From NCBI GenBank assembly GCA_041650835.1, contig JBAZKL010000002.1, positions 538,435 to 602,434 of the forward strand: DNA of 64,000 bases, read 5' to 3'. Source of the DNA: Candidatus Omnitrophota bacterium. Lineage in GTDB: Bacteria > Omnitrophota > Gorgyraeia > Gygaellales > Profunditerraquicolaceae. The translations under genes and the position numbers were made by a program. Within the stretch, counting starts at the first letter, position 1; the number at the start of each line of letters is the position of its first letter. The notes beneath the pieces are model-generated. The model did no database searches and was not told where the DNA came from. It was given only the letters and a program-made list of their open reading frames with translations. Below, in pieces: positions 21,499 to 30,196 of this stretch.

Positions 21499-23646
21499 TT
21501 ATTTACTTTCTTGTTCTATATACTTATCTAAGCGGACTCTCTGGGCGCCGGTCATATCAAGAAAGCAAATTGCGACATTATAAACTTTTTCAGTTTCAGT
21601 TTCCTGGCTGCGGACAACCTTAGCTAAGCATTCAATGGGGCTATCATTGTCCGGCAATTCTATCGTTAACTCTAAATACGCCCGGGGAGGTATCATTTCT
21701 ATCGAAGTAAACGTCAATCCCCCGGCAGAAATATTAGACGTAACGCTCAACTGTTCGACCGTATACCCCTGATTAATTAATTCTTCCTGTGATTTAAAGA
21801 TCTTATACCGCAGGTTAACCCGGCTGTTCAAACGGCTAAACACCCGTTTATCGGCATCGGAGGGTTTAGACATTTCTCTGCGCAAAGAATCCCCCCCATA
21901 AGCATCCTGCAACCCTTCCTGCGGCTGGAAATATTCCTCGGCAGAAGTGACATTCATAACTTCTTCGGGTGTCGTCAAACCCAGGATGGTCTTTTGCCAG
22001 CCATCCTGGCGTAACGTTCGCATGCCTCGCGAAACAGCGAATTTCTTGATCTGTCCCGCTGAAGACTTATTCAAGATAAGGTCTTTGACCGTATCATCGA
22101 TCAATAAGATCTCGTAAATGGCCGTCCTTCCCAGGAAACCGGTAAAATTACAGTTCGCGCATCCTCTGCCGCGGAATACCCGCACTTCATCCTTTGATTT
22201 TAATGCTAAATCCCGGATAATGGTTTCACTTAATTCTTCAGGAATATCCATTTGCTCATACTTACAATCAGGGCAGATCAGGCGTATTAAACGCTGCGCA
22301 ATAAAGGCTTCGACGCTTGAAGCGACCAGATAAGGCTCCAAGCCGATATCCACTAAACGGGTAATACCGCTGGCAGCGTCATTGGTATGCAGCGTCGAAA
22401 ATACCAGATGGCCGGTAAGCGCGACACGGATGGCGATCTCAGCTGTCTCCAGGTCCCTGACCTCTCCCACCATGATCACATCGGGATCGTGGCGTAAAAT
22501 ACTCCGCAAGCCCCGGGCAAAATCCAACCCTATCTCGGACATGACCTGTATCTGAGTGACTCCTGACATCTCATACTCGATCGGGTCTTCTATAGTAATG
22601 ATCTTGCGTTCCCGCGTATTGATCCTGCTTAAACTGGCATATAACGAAGTGGTCTTCCCGCTCCCTGTCGGGCCGGTCACAAAAATAATACCGTGCGGTT
22701 TACGGATCAAACCTTCAAATATATTCAGGTCGCGCTTTGACAGACCCAATTTCTCAAGGCTGAACAACATCTGAGTAGGCAAGATACGCACGACCACGCT
22801 CTCCCCGAAAGGCGTAGGTATCGTCGATATCCTCAAGTCTAAAACCTGTTCCTGGACTTTAACCACTGCCCTGCCGTCCTGGGGCATACGGCGTTCAACG
22901 ATATTAAGGTTCGACATGATCTTAATACGCGAGATGATCGCTGTGATAAAACCTTTTATTTCCGGGCCGACATTCGCGTCATAAAGCAAGCCGTCAATAC
23001 GGTAACGAAGCACCACCCCGTCCCGATATGGCTCAATATGGATATCGGTGGCCCGTTTACGCCATCCTTCAAGTATGATCTGATTGACTAATTTGATGAT
23101 CGAGGCGTCTTCGGCTAATTTCGCGATATCAACGACTTTTTCGTTGGAAGGTTCCTGAGGAGAGGATTCATCTTTGGAAATCTGAGAAACGATCCTGTCC
23201 AGGGTTTCCGCGGCCAGACCGTAATATTCTTTTAACGCGCTGACAATATCCGAGGACAACGCAAGGGCAGTCTCGATCTCGAAACCCAGCTGCATACTTA
23301 TCTCATCCTGGATCTTAATGTCGAGCGGCATTGAAACGGCTATGGTCAAACAACGGTCTTTCAAATCAAGCGGCATGAATTTATAATACGAGGCGATCTT
23401 CACCGGTACCGCGGCGATCACGGCCTTATCGATCAAACGGCCTTTAAAATCAATAAGGCGCAGCTGCAGGTTTTCCGAGAGGATCTGTAAAATCGTTTTC
23501 TCGGGGACCGCGGCATGCTTGAGCAGGACATTCCAGAGAGGAAGAGACATACCTTCGGCTTCTTTGATCAGAGGCTCTAAAGATTCTCTCGAGGCGATCT
23601 TACGGACGATCAACGCTTCAAAAAGTATCGTATCAAGTTTAGTCAT
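21499..23646 (-). CDS. gspE: GspE/PilB-family secretion ATPase with C-terminal PilZ domain
   Basis: 715 aa with a T2SSE_N-like N-terminus, Walker A GPTGSGKTT and the tetracysteine cluster CPDC...CANC. A C-terminal extension of about 150 aa carries the PilZ signatures RLNSR and NISAGG. Confidence 0.85.
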   Translation of the reverse strand: MTKLDTILFEALIVRKIASRESLEPLIKEAEGMSLPLWNVLLKHAAVPEKTILQILSENLQLRLIDFKGRLIDKAVIAAVPVKIASYYKFMPLDLKDRCLTIAVSMPLDIKIQDEISMQLGFEIETALALSSDIVSALKEYYGLAAETLDRIVSQISKDESSPQEPSNEKVVDIAKLAEDASIIKLVNQIILEGWRKRATDIHIEPYRDGVVLRYRIDGLLYDANVGPEIKGFITAIISRIKIMSNLNIVERRMPQDGRAVVKVQEQVLDLRISTIPTPFGESVVVRILPTQMLFSLEKLGLSKRDLNIFEGLIRKPHGIIFVTGPTGSGKTTSLYASLSRINTRERKIITIEDPIEYEMSGVTQIQVMSEIGLDFARGLRSILRHDPDVIMVGEVRDLETAEIAIRVALTGHLVFSTLHTNDAASGITRLVDIGLEPYLVASSVEAFIAQRLIRLICPDCKYEQMDIPEELSETIIRDLALKSKDEVRVFRGRGCANCNFTGFLGRTAIYEILLIDDTVKDLILNKSSAGQIKKFAVSRGMRTLRQDGWQKTILGLTTPEEVMNVTSAEEYFQPQEGLQDAYGGDSLRREMSKPSDADKRVFSRLNSRVNLRYKIFKSQEELINQGYTVEQLSVTSNISAGGLTFTSIEMIPPRAYLELTIELPDNDSPIECLAKVVRSQETETEKVYNVAICFLDMTGAQRVRLDKYIEQESK

Positions 23647-23688
23647 ACGTGCCTATTACAAAACGCAAACCCTGTTATTAATCACCCC

Positions 23689-24174
23689 TTACTGCTGCGG
23701 TTTATCTTTTCTCAAGAGGCGCTGAATACTCTGGCTGATGTGCTGCCGGTAATTCTTGATCACTTCCTGCAGGTCCTCTTCATTCGTCAACACTAAGTTC
23801 ACCTTGCGGGGGCGCGCTTCCTCTTCTACCTTACTGATAGCAACGGCATTAAGCGGATTAATGATCGCGACCGTAATTGAATCCTCATCCCCGTAGAGCG
23901 GAAAGCATTTATGGTCAAGGATCAGCGACGAGGAGAATTTACGCGCCAATTCCATATCAATATATTGCGTCTTTAAATTAGCGACCGGGATCTGGAATTG
24001 AACGGAGAGAGCCTCCATCAGGTTGTGGTCGTTGATCAACCCTTTATTGATCAAGATCGTGCCCAAAAATTTATCGCTGAGCTTCTGTTCAACTAACGCG
24101 TCATGCAACTGAGCTTCCGTGATCCACCCCTTTTCTACGAGTATTTCACCTATTCTTTTAGGCATTTTTTCCAT
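23689..24174 (-). CDS. standalone GspE N-terminal (T2SSE_N-like) domain protein
   Basis: 161 aa resembling the N1 domain of GspE and MshE ATPases (GWITEAQLHDALVEQK...). It lies 12 nt downstream of the atpD stop. Confidence 0.55.
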   Translation of the reverse strand: MEKMPKRIGEILVEKGWITEAQLHDALVEQKLSDKFLGTILINKGLINDHNLMEALSVQFQIPVANLKTQYIDMELARKFSSSLILDHKCFPLYGDEDSITVAIINPLNAVAISKVEEEARPRKVNLVLTNEEDLQEVIKNYRQHISQSIQRLLRKDKPQQ

Positions 24175-24186
24175 GGCAATCTCCTG

Positions 24187-25578
24187 TTATACTGTTCCAA
24201 TCATATATAAATCACCTTCCGGCTTGCGGTCGAGGTGCCCGGACAGAATTTTTTCACAGCCTTCAACCGTCTGCGCTATGGTGACAAACTCTCCCTTTTT
24301 ACCCGTATACGCTTCGGCGACAAAGAACGGTTGCGTGAGGAAATATTGCAGCTTACGCGCCCGTTCATAGATGATACGGTCGCCGGCAGAAAGCTCGTCA
24401 ATACCGATGACCATGACGATACGCCTGAGCTCTTCGTAACGCTGCAGCATACGGATGACGTCCTGAGAGACCTGGTAATGGCGCTTACCGACGATATCAG
24501 GGTCAAGATTCGCGCAGCTAGACATAAGCGGATCGATCGCCGGATACAAACCTAACTGGATCCTTTGCCGGGAAAGGACCATGATAGAATCCAGGAAGCT
24601 GAAGATCGTCACAACCGCCGGGTCGGTCAAATCGTCGGCGGGGATATAAACCGCTTCTACCGAAGTAATAGAACTTCCCGTTTCATGGGAAGACTTGATC
24701 CTCTCGTGGAACTCACTCGCCTCGGAGATCAGGGTAGGCTGATACCCTGTTTCAGAAGGAAGCCTGCCCAGCAAACTTGAAATTTCCGCCCCTGCCTGGA
24801 GGAAACGAAAGATATTATCCACGAACAACAAAACATCCTGGTGCTTACGCTGGATCGATTCTGCCAGGGTAGCCCCGCTAAAAGCCACGCCAAAACGGGC
24901 CCCCGGGGGCTCATTCATCTGGCCGAATATCAAGACGGTCTTCGATAAAATATTCCTGCGCTCCAATTCATAATACAGCTCATTTCCCTCACGCATACGC
25001 TCACCTGCGCCCACGAAAACGCAGGCACCGCTGTGTTTGCGGACAATATTATGGATGATCTCAAGGGTCAGGATACTTTTTCCCAACGCCGCACCTCCCA
25101 GGATCCCGTTCTTAGAACCTTTCACGAGCGGAAAAAGCAGGTCTATGATCTTAATACCTGTCTCTAAAACTTCGAATTTCTCGGCTTTTTCTTTGCTCGA
25201 AAAAGACTGTGCTGCCCGTTGAGGCCTGATCGGCAGCCGCTCACCGGGAGCGATTTCACCTTTCTGGTCGATCGGGTCACCCCAAATATTAATGATCCTG
25301 CCGTAAATGCTATCTCCCGCGGGGATCTGTATCGGGGTTCCGGTAGGGATAACGACACTATTACGTTGCAGGTTAAAGGTGGAATTAATAGCAATACACC
25401 GGGCAATGTTACCGGCGACATGTTCAGCGACCTCTAAGACTACCCTTTTACCGTCAACCGTCTGCGTGTTGATATTATCAAATATCGCGGGGATATCCTC
25501 TTCCCGCTCAAATTTGACATCAACGACCGGCCCCTGTACTGAGATTACACGACCTGGTTTGAGATGAGTATTGTCCAT
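24187..25578 (-). CDS. atpD: F-type ATPase beta subunit
   Basis: 463 aa with the beta-barrel N-domain and the blocks GERMREGNELY, MNEPPGAR and DELS. The P-loop reads GGAALGKS instead of the usual GGAGVGKT. Confidence 0.9.
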   Translation of the reverse strand: MDNTHLKPGRVISVQGPVVDVKFEREEDIPAIFDNINTQTVDGKRVVLEVAEHVAGNIARCIAINSTFNLQRNSVVIPTGTPIQIPAGDSIYGRIINIWGDPIDQKGEIAPGERLPIRPQRAAQSFSSKEKAEKFEVLETGIKIIDLLFPLVKGSKNGILGGAALGKSILTLEIIHNIVRKHSGACVFVGAGERMREGNELYYELERRNILSKTVLIFGQMNEPPGARFGVAFSGATLAESIQRKHQDVLLFVDNIFRFLQAGAEISSLLGRLPSETGYQPTLISEASEFHERIKSSHETGSSITSVEAVYIPADDLTDPAVVTIFSFLDSIMVLSRQRIQLGLYPAIDPLMSSCANLDPDIVGKRHYQVSQDVIRMLQRYEELRRIVMVIGIDELSAGDRIIYERARKLQYFLTQPFFVAEAYTGKKGEFVTIAQTVEGCEKILSGHLDRKPEGDLYMIGTV

Positions 25579-25693
25579 AGTCTTAATTAACCGTTATGTT
25601 ACACCCCGCCTTTTTGGAGTGGCGGAGTACGCCGCTTTCTGCCCAGAAAGGGCGCACCCAGCATACCTATAAGCTGGGGTGCTTGCGGCACCT

Positions 25694-26542
25694 CTATTTA
25701 AATGCCAACCGCGCCGCGAATAACTCCCGCATATTCTTATCGATCAATTCATGGCGCTGACGGAAATATTGTATTTTTAATTCCTTATTCAACTGCTCGA
25801 TCTTTGTCTTACTGGTCTCTAAATGGCTATAGCGCGCTGAAAGTTCAGCTAAACGCGATATGCCGAAGATCTGGAAGAATTTCTGGCCCAGGAATAAATA
25901 CATCCAATATTCCAGCAAGCCGTCAAGCGGAGATTCAACAATTAAATCCTTCACTCCCCCTGAAGCCGTTTTTCTCTGGAACTGATCGGCTTTAGAAAAA
26001 GGGAAAAGCTGCAAAACCTTGACCTGCTGGGCAACGATCGAAAGGGAATAGGGATACACGACCTTCAGTTCTCCCAATTTACCGCTTTGCTCCTCATTTA
26101 AAACATAATCCCTCAACTCGAGGGCCTGTTCCAGCCTGGTCTCGTCTTTTACTCCCTTAAAAACAACATAGGGAAGGTCCGTTTCAGAGGCGTAAATCTT
26201 CCCCTTTTCTCCGACGATAAGAAGCTTGGAATTGTTTTTCTCCGCTTCTTTGATCGCCTGGGTCATCACATTCATATTCAAACCGCCCAAGAGGCCCGCG
26301 TCAGAAGTAAGCGCGATCACTCCCGGCTGGCGGCTGCTCGATTCCAGCAAGTGGTGTTTAATGCCGCCTGCCTGCAGCAGCTCAAAGATACTTCCCAGAT
26401 GGCTGAACACTGAATCAAAGGTCTTGAGTTTACGTTCAAGCACCCGGTATTGAGCTATGGCGATCTCTTTTAAAACCTCAACGAGGCTATAGAGGTTGAG
26501 GTTAAAATCCATATCTTTCTTGATCTGAGAAAGTAATTTCAT
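25694..26542 (-). CDS. atpG: F-type ATPase gamma subunit
   Basis: 282 aa with gamma-like N- and C-terminal helices (...ELIDKNMRELFAARLAFK). It sits between the alpha and beta genes. Confidence 0.75.
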   Translation of the reverse strand: MKLLSQIKKDMDFNLNLYSLVEVLKEIAIAQYRVLERKLKTFDSVFSHLGSIFELLQAGGIKHHLLESSSRQPGVIALTSDAGLLGGLNMNVMTQAIKEAEKNNSKLLIVGEKGKIYASETDLPYVVFKGVKDETRLEQALELRDYVLNEEQSGKLGELKVVYPYSLSIVAQQVKVLQLFPFSKADQFQRKTASGGVKDLIVESPLDGLLEYWMYLFLGQKFFQIFGISRLAELSARYSHLETSKTKIEQLNKELKIQYFRQRHELIDKNMRELFAARLAFK

Positions 26543-26545
26543 ACG

Positions 26546-28027
26546 TTACACAACCGCGAAATAATGGTTCATTGCTTCGTATAACATTTCTATACTGGCA
26601 TCATTGATGATCATCGTCGTACGGATCTCTTTAAAAAGATTCGGGAACTCTTTTTCCACCAGTCCGACAAATTCGTTCTTAAACTTCTGGATATCGGCAG
26701 GGGATAAAGTATCCAGCACCCCCATGCTTAAAGCGAATAAGAACATGACTTCCGACTCCATCTCGATCGGCTTATTCTTATCCTGGATCAAAAGCTGGGT
26801 GATCGCCTGGCCCCGCTTCATACGGTCTTCGGCTTCCTTGGAAAGGCCGGTCGTGCGCAGCTGCGTCATCTGCAGCAATTCCTGATACTGGATATATTCA
26901 AGTCTCAACTGGCCGCTCAACGCTTTCATTGCCGGCCACTGCGCTTTATTGCCGATACGGGAAACCGAAAGGCCGAAATCGATCGCCGGACGAACGCCTT
27001 TGTTAAAAAGCTGAGTGCTGAAGTAGATCTGCCCGTCAGTCATAGAGATCAAATTACTGGAAATATATCCCGTAACATCACCCTGCAATATCTCAACGAT
27101 CGGCAAAAACGTCATTGAACCGCCGCCGAGCTCCGGCTTTAAGTATCCGGCGCGTTCCATCATCTGGGAATGGATATAAAAAATGTCTCCCGGGTACGCT
27201 TCTCTTCCCGGGGCGCGCTCCAGTAAAAGCGAGATCTGACGGTATACCCAGGCATGCTTCGTCAGGTCATCGTGGATCAAAAGGACGTCTTTACCTTTTT
27301 TCATGAAATATTCGCCTAACATGCACGCGGTATAGGGAGCTAAATACTGCTCGCCCATAGAAACAGAAGCGACAGCGCTCACCACAATAGTATACGGCAT
27401 TACTTCTTTTTCATTAAAAAGGTTTAAAAGCTTAAGAAGGCTGGAATTAGTCTTTCCGATACAACAATAAATACAAATAACATCCTGTTTCTTCTGATTG
27501 ATGATCGCGTCAATAGCGACAGTCGTCTTACCCGTAAGACGGTCTCCGATCAAAAGCTGCCGCTGGCCTTTGGCGATCGGGATAACCGCGTCCAAGAGCA
27601 ATGTCCCGGTTTCCAGTGTTTCTTTAACGGGGGCGCGGTCCATAACACCGGGAGCATCGGTAAAAAGAGGATAGTACGCCGACGGTTCAATAGGGCCTTC
27701 ATTATCAACAGGCTCGCACAAGCTATTGACGATCCTGCCGATAAATTTATCCCCTACCGGCAAATGCAAGAACTCCCCCTTACTTAATACTTTCCCGCCG
27801 ATATGCAAAGACCCCTTAACATCAATTACTAATACCTGGACCTCTGCTTCATTAAAACCCAAAACCATGCCCCGCCCGCCCTGTTCAAACTCCACGATCT
27901 GCCCGTTAATGCAGGAAGGAAGGCCTTTTACCCGCACCACGCATTCACGCACCGATACGATCACACCTATTTCGCGCGCTTCAAAATTCGCCTCAGCATG
28001 ATTTTCATGCATACCATCCACCTTCAA
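26546..28027 (-). CDS. atpA: F-type ATPase alpha subunit
   Basis: 493 aa with the alpha P-loop GDRLTGKTTVAIDAIINQK and conserved alpha C-terminal blocks. Confidence 0.92.
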   Translation of the reverse strand: MKVDGMHENHAEANFEAREIGVIVSVRECVVRVKGLPSCINGQIVEFEQGGRGMVLGFNEAEVQVLVIDVKGSLHIGGKVLSKGEFLHLPVGDKFIGRIVNSLCEPVDNEGPIEPSAYYPLFTDAPGVMDRAPVKETLETGTLLLDAVIPIAKGQRQLLIGDRLTGKTTVAIDAIINQKKQDVICIYCCIGKTNSSLLKLLNLFNEKEVMPYTIVVSAVASVSMGEQYLAPYTACMLGEYFMKKGKDVLLIHDDLTKHAWVYRQISLLLERAPGREAYPGDIFYIHSQMMERAGYLKPELGGGSMTFLPIVEILQGDVTGYISSNLISMTDGQIYFSTQLFNKGVRPAIDFGLSVSRIGNKAQWPAMKALSGQLRLEYIQYQELLQMTQLRTTGLSKEAEDRMKRGQAITQLLIQDKNKPIEMESEVMFLFALSMGVLDTLSPADIQKFKNEFVGLVEKEFPNLFKEIRTTMIINDASIEMLYEAMNHYFAVV

Positions 28028-28030
28028 TTC

Positions 28031-28768
28031 CTATTGCGCTTTTGATAATTGATGCGCTTTTACCGCTTCCTGGATCTTAAAGCGCAGGCTCCCGTCAAGC
28101 ACCAAGCTGCCGATACTGACTACCCAGCCGGCAATAATATTAGGGTCTGTAGATTCTTTTAACGTGATCGGGAAACCGACTTTTTCATTGATCTTACCCG
28201 ACAAAGCCGTTCGCTGCGCGTCGGTAAGGAGGAACGCCGTTACCACCCCTGCTTCCTGTATGCCCTCAGGAATATGCAACCGGTCCAATTGCGCGAAGTT
28301 ACCCGCGATCAATTCATCGATCCAGCGTTCATGGATCATGGTGCGGATATTTTCAGGGATTACTTCCTGCAACAATTGCGCTGCCCGATGAATCCCCTTA
28401 TCTTCTATACGCTGTTCGATCTCAGCGATCAAAGCATTACGGGCACGATCAGCCTGAAGCATCATTTCATCAGCTTTTACCTGGGCCTCTTTAATGATCT
28501 TTTCTTTCTCCTCCTGCATTTCCTTTAATAAACGCTGCTTCTGCTGTTCGGCGTCTTTCATTGCAAGTTCTTTAATTTCCTGGGCTTCACGCTTAATATC
28601 GTCATATTGCTTTTTTATATCCTGTTCTTTCTTGGCATATTCAGCGGCCATCTGGTCCAGATGAGCGGTTGCCGCGCCGACGTCACGGTTAAAGATCTTG
28701 TTCAAGGAAACCACTAAAACAATGAAAACAATAATAATGAGGACTATGAAAGGGATCAGTATAAGCAT
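28031..28768 (-). CDS. atpFH: F-type ATPase b–delta fusion subunit
   Basis: An N-terminal TM helix and charged coiled coil (AEYAKKEQDIKKQYDDIKREAQEIKE...) resemble subunit b. The C-terminus is OSCP/delta-like (...IIAGWVVSIGSLVLDGSLRFKIQE). The called ORF extends to 28891 from a TTG codon and overlaps atpE. The internal ATG at about 28768 (MLILIPFIV...) is the more plausible start. Confidence 0.65.
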   Translation of the reverse strand: MLILIPFIVLIIIVFIVLVVSLNKIFNRDVGAATAHLDQMAAEYAKKEQDIKKQYDDIKREAQEIKELAMKDAEQQKQRLLKEMQEEKEKIIKEAQVKADEMMLQADRARNALIAEIEQRIEDKGIHRAAQLLQEVIPENIRTMIHERWIDELIAGNFAQLDRLHIPEGIQEAGVVTAFLLTDAQRTALSGKINEKVGFPITLKESTDPNIIAGWVVSIGSLVLDGSLRFKIQEAVKAHQLSKAQ

Positions 28769-28835
28769 TTCTTTAAACTCCTTTATTACCGGAGGACACT
28801 GGCGGTATGAATAATACCGGCAAACTCCGTAACAC

Positions 28836-29048
28836 TTAACTGAATAACTGGAAAGCGACAAACAGGGCGATGATCGCCGCCCCTTCGGCAAATGCGGTCA
28901 GCATGATCATGACGATAAAGATCTTCGGCGCGGCCGACGGGTTCCTTCCTAACGCGGCGATACTGGCTTTTCCGCAGGAGGCAAAGACCCAACAGGGGCC
29001 CGCGATACAAAACGTAAAGATCAAAAGCAACGCTAAATTTCTATCCAT
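28836..29048 (-). CDS. atpE: F-type ATPase c subunit
   Basis: 70 aa forming a two-helix hairpin. It has a GK...GRNP loop and a helix-2 carboxylate in the context LTAFAEGAAI. Confidence 0.7.
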   Translation of the reverse strand: MDRNLALLLIFTFCIAGPCWVFASCGKASIAALGRNPSAAPKIFIVMIMLTAFAEGAAIIALFVAFQLFS

Positions 29049-29049
29049 G

Positions 29050-29277
29050 TTATTCTTCCATGATGATCGTGGTCTTATTCGATTGAACGCCTACCATGCC
29101 CCGACGGATAGCGAATACATTCTGGTCCACGATAACGTTTCCTTTAACCAAACGGCTCACCAAAGGCTTGTGATAATCTAAAACTTCAAAAACCCCCTGT
29201 TCTCCGGGAAGCATAACACTATGAGCCTTACCTTCGAAGACTATTTTATCGAGCGTAACAACGATAACATCCTGCAT
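29050..29277 (-). CDS. atpC: F-type ATPase epsilon subunit, N-terminal beta-sandwich only
   Basis: 75 aa (MQDVIVVTLDKIVFEGKAHSVMLPGEQGVFEVLDYHKPLV...). The sequence matches the epsilon N-domain. The C-terminal helical hairpin is absent. Confidence 0.7.
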   Translation of the reverse strand: MQDVIVVTLDKIVFEGKAHSVMLPGEQGVFEVLDYHKPLVSRLVKGNVIVDQNVFAIRRGMVGVQSNKTTIIMEE

Positions 29278-29345
29278 GCGTTTATATTATAGCATTAAAG
29301 AGGTTACACACTAATAATTATACAATCGCTTAATAATTATACCAT
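29278..29345 (-). promoter_or_regulatory. candidate promoter of the ATPase–T2SS operon (extended −10 TGcTATAAT 7–15 nt upstream of the atpC ATG; possible leaderless mRNA)
   Basis: The minus-sense sequence reads ...GTGTGTAACCTCTTTAATGCTATAATATAAACGC-ATG. No Shine-Dalgarno sequence is present. Two further TATAAT hexamers lie upstream. Confidence 0.3.
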
Positions 29346-30132
29346 TGTTTTAGGTTATTGAAAATGTTATTTTGTCGCAGGCACAAGACACAAGTCGCAG
29401 GTCTCAGGTCGCTTGCTATCCGGTGAACGGGTCCTGTCTTGGACTATTTTCTCGCGGGGACGTTTGCCCCGCCCCGGCGTGGCGGGGCTGCACTCAGGTC
29501 GGCTGCGTCGCTCTGCCCGACTTCGTTTATCGAGGGGCATCCGTGCCCGCTCCTTGCCTTTATGCCCCGCTCGAAAACAGTCCAAGCCACCCGTTCACTA
29601 ATAAAAACCCTGGTCAGACACAAGTCATAAAATAATCTATAGTCGATGGTCAATAGAGAAGGAAAATCAGAGTAACCGGGAATCGGGTCGCAGGTCTCAG
29701 GTCGCAAGACACAAGTACACAAGACACAGGTAATCCGGAACTATATGATCAGGTAATCAGGAAATTGAAAAAGAAAGATAATCGAGTAAGAATGCCCCTG
29801 TTGAGATTGTGAGCGAATGGAGCTTTTAGCCGGAGGAGCTTGAGCATTTGAGGGAATGCCAGTGGAGCGCGTAAGCGCGACAACACTGGCAAGGCGAGGT
29901 TGTCTGAGCAGTATTTGCCAGAGCAAATACTGCGAGTTCCGCAGCCTCCGAAAATGCGAAAGATCTCCGGCGTTACCCGGATTAGCCTTTTCTAAAACAA
30001 AAGGCTAATCCGGGTAAAAAAGCGACTTGAGCGAACAATCCAACAGGGGCATTCTTGGTAAGCTCAAAATAACAGGTCGCATGGCACAATTACACAAGAC
30101 GCAAGTCACAACGAAGATAACAGCCAACAGTT

Positions 30133-30182
30133 AAATAAAAAACGCGGGACCACTCCGGGAAATTACCGGAACGGCCCCGCGC
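30133..30182 (-). terminator. intrinsic terminator of the giant gene
   Basis: On the minus strand a GC hairpin (GCGCGGGGCCGTTCCGGTAATTTCCCGGAGTGGTCCCGCG) is followed by UUUUUUAUUU. It begins about 15 nt after the stop codon at 30197. Confidence 0.65.
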
Positions 30183-30196
30183 TTATTACTTTAGAT

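Noticed and set aside
28786-29345. Hidden atpB (subunit a) among the small ORFs around atpE and atpC
   Set aside because: The only candidates are alternative-frame overlaps of atpE (74 aa) and antisense frames. None has the five- or six-TM profile of about 220–270 aa expected for subunit a.
29440-29600. The GC-rich island as a tmRNA, RNase P RNA, SRP RNA or tRNA gene
   Set aside because: No tRNA-like acceptor/T-arm, P4 (AGGAAAGUCCGG), or SRP domain-IV consensus is visible. It is retained only as an unclassified candidate structured RNA.
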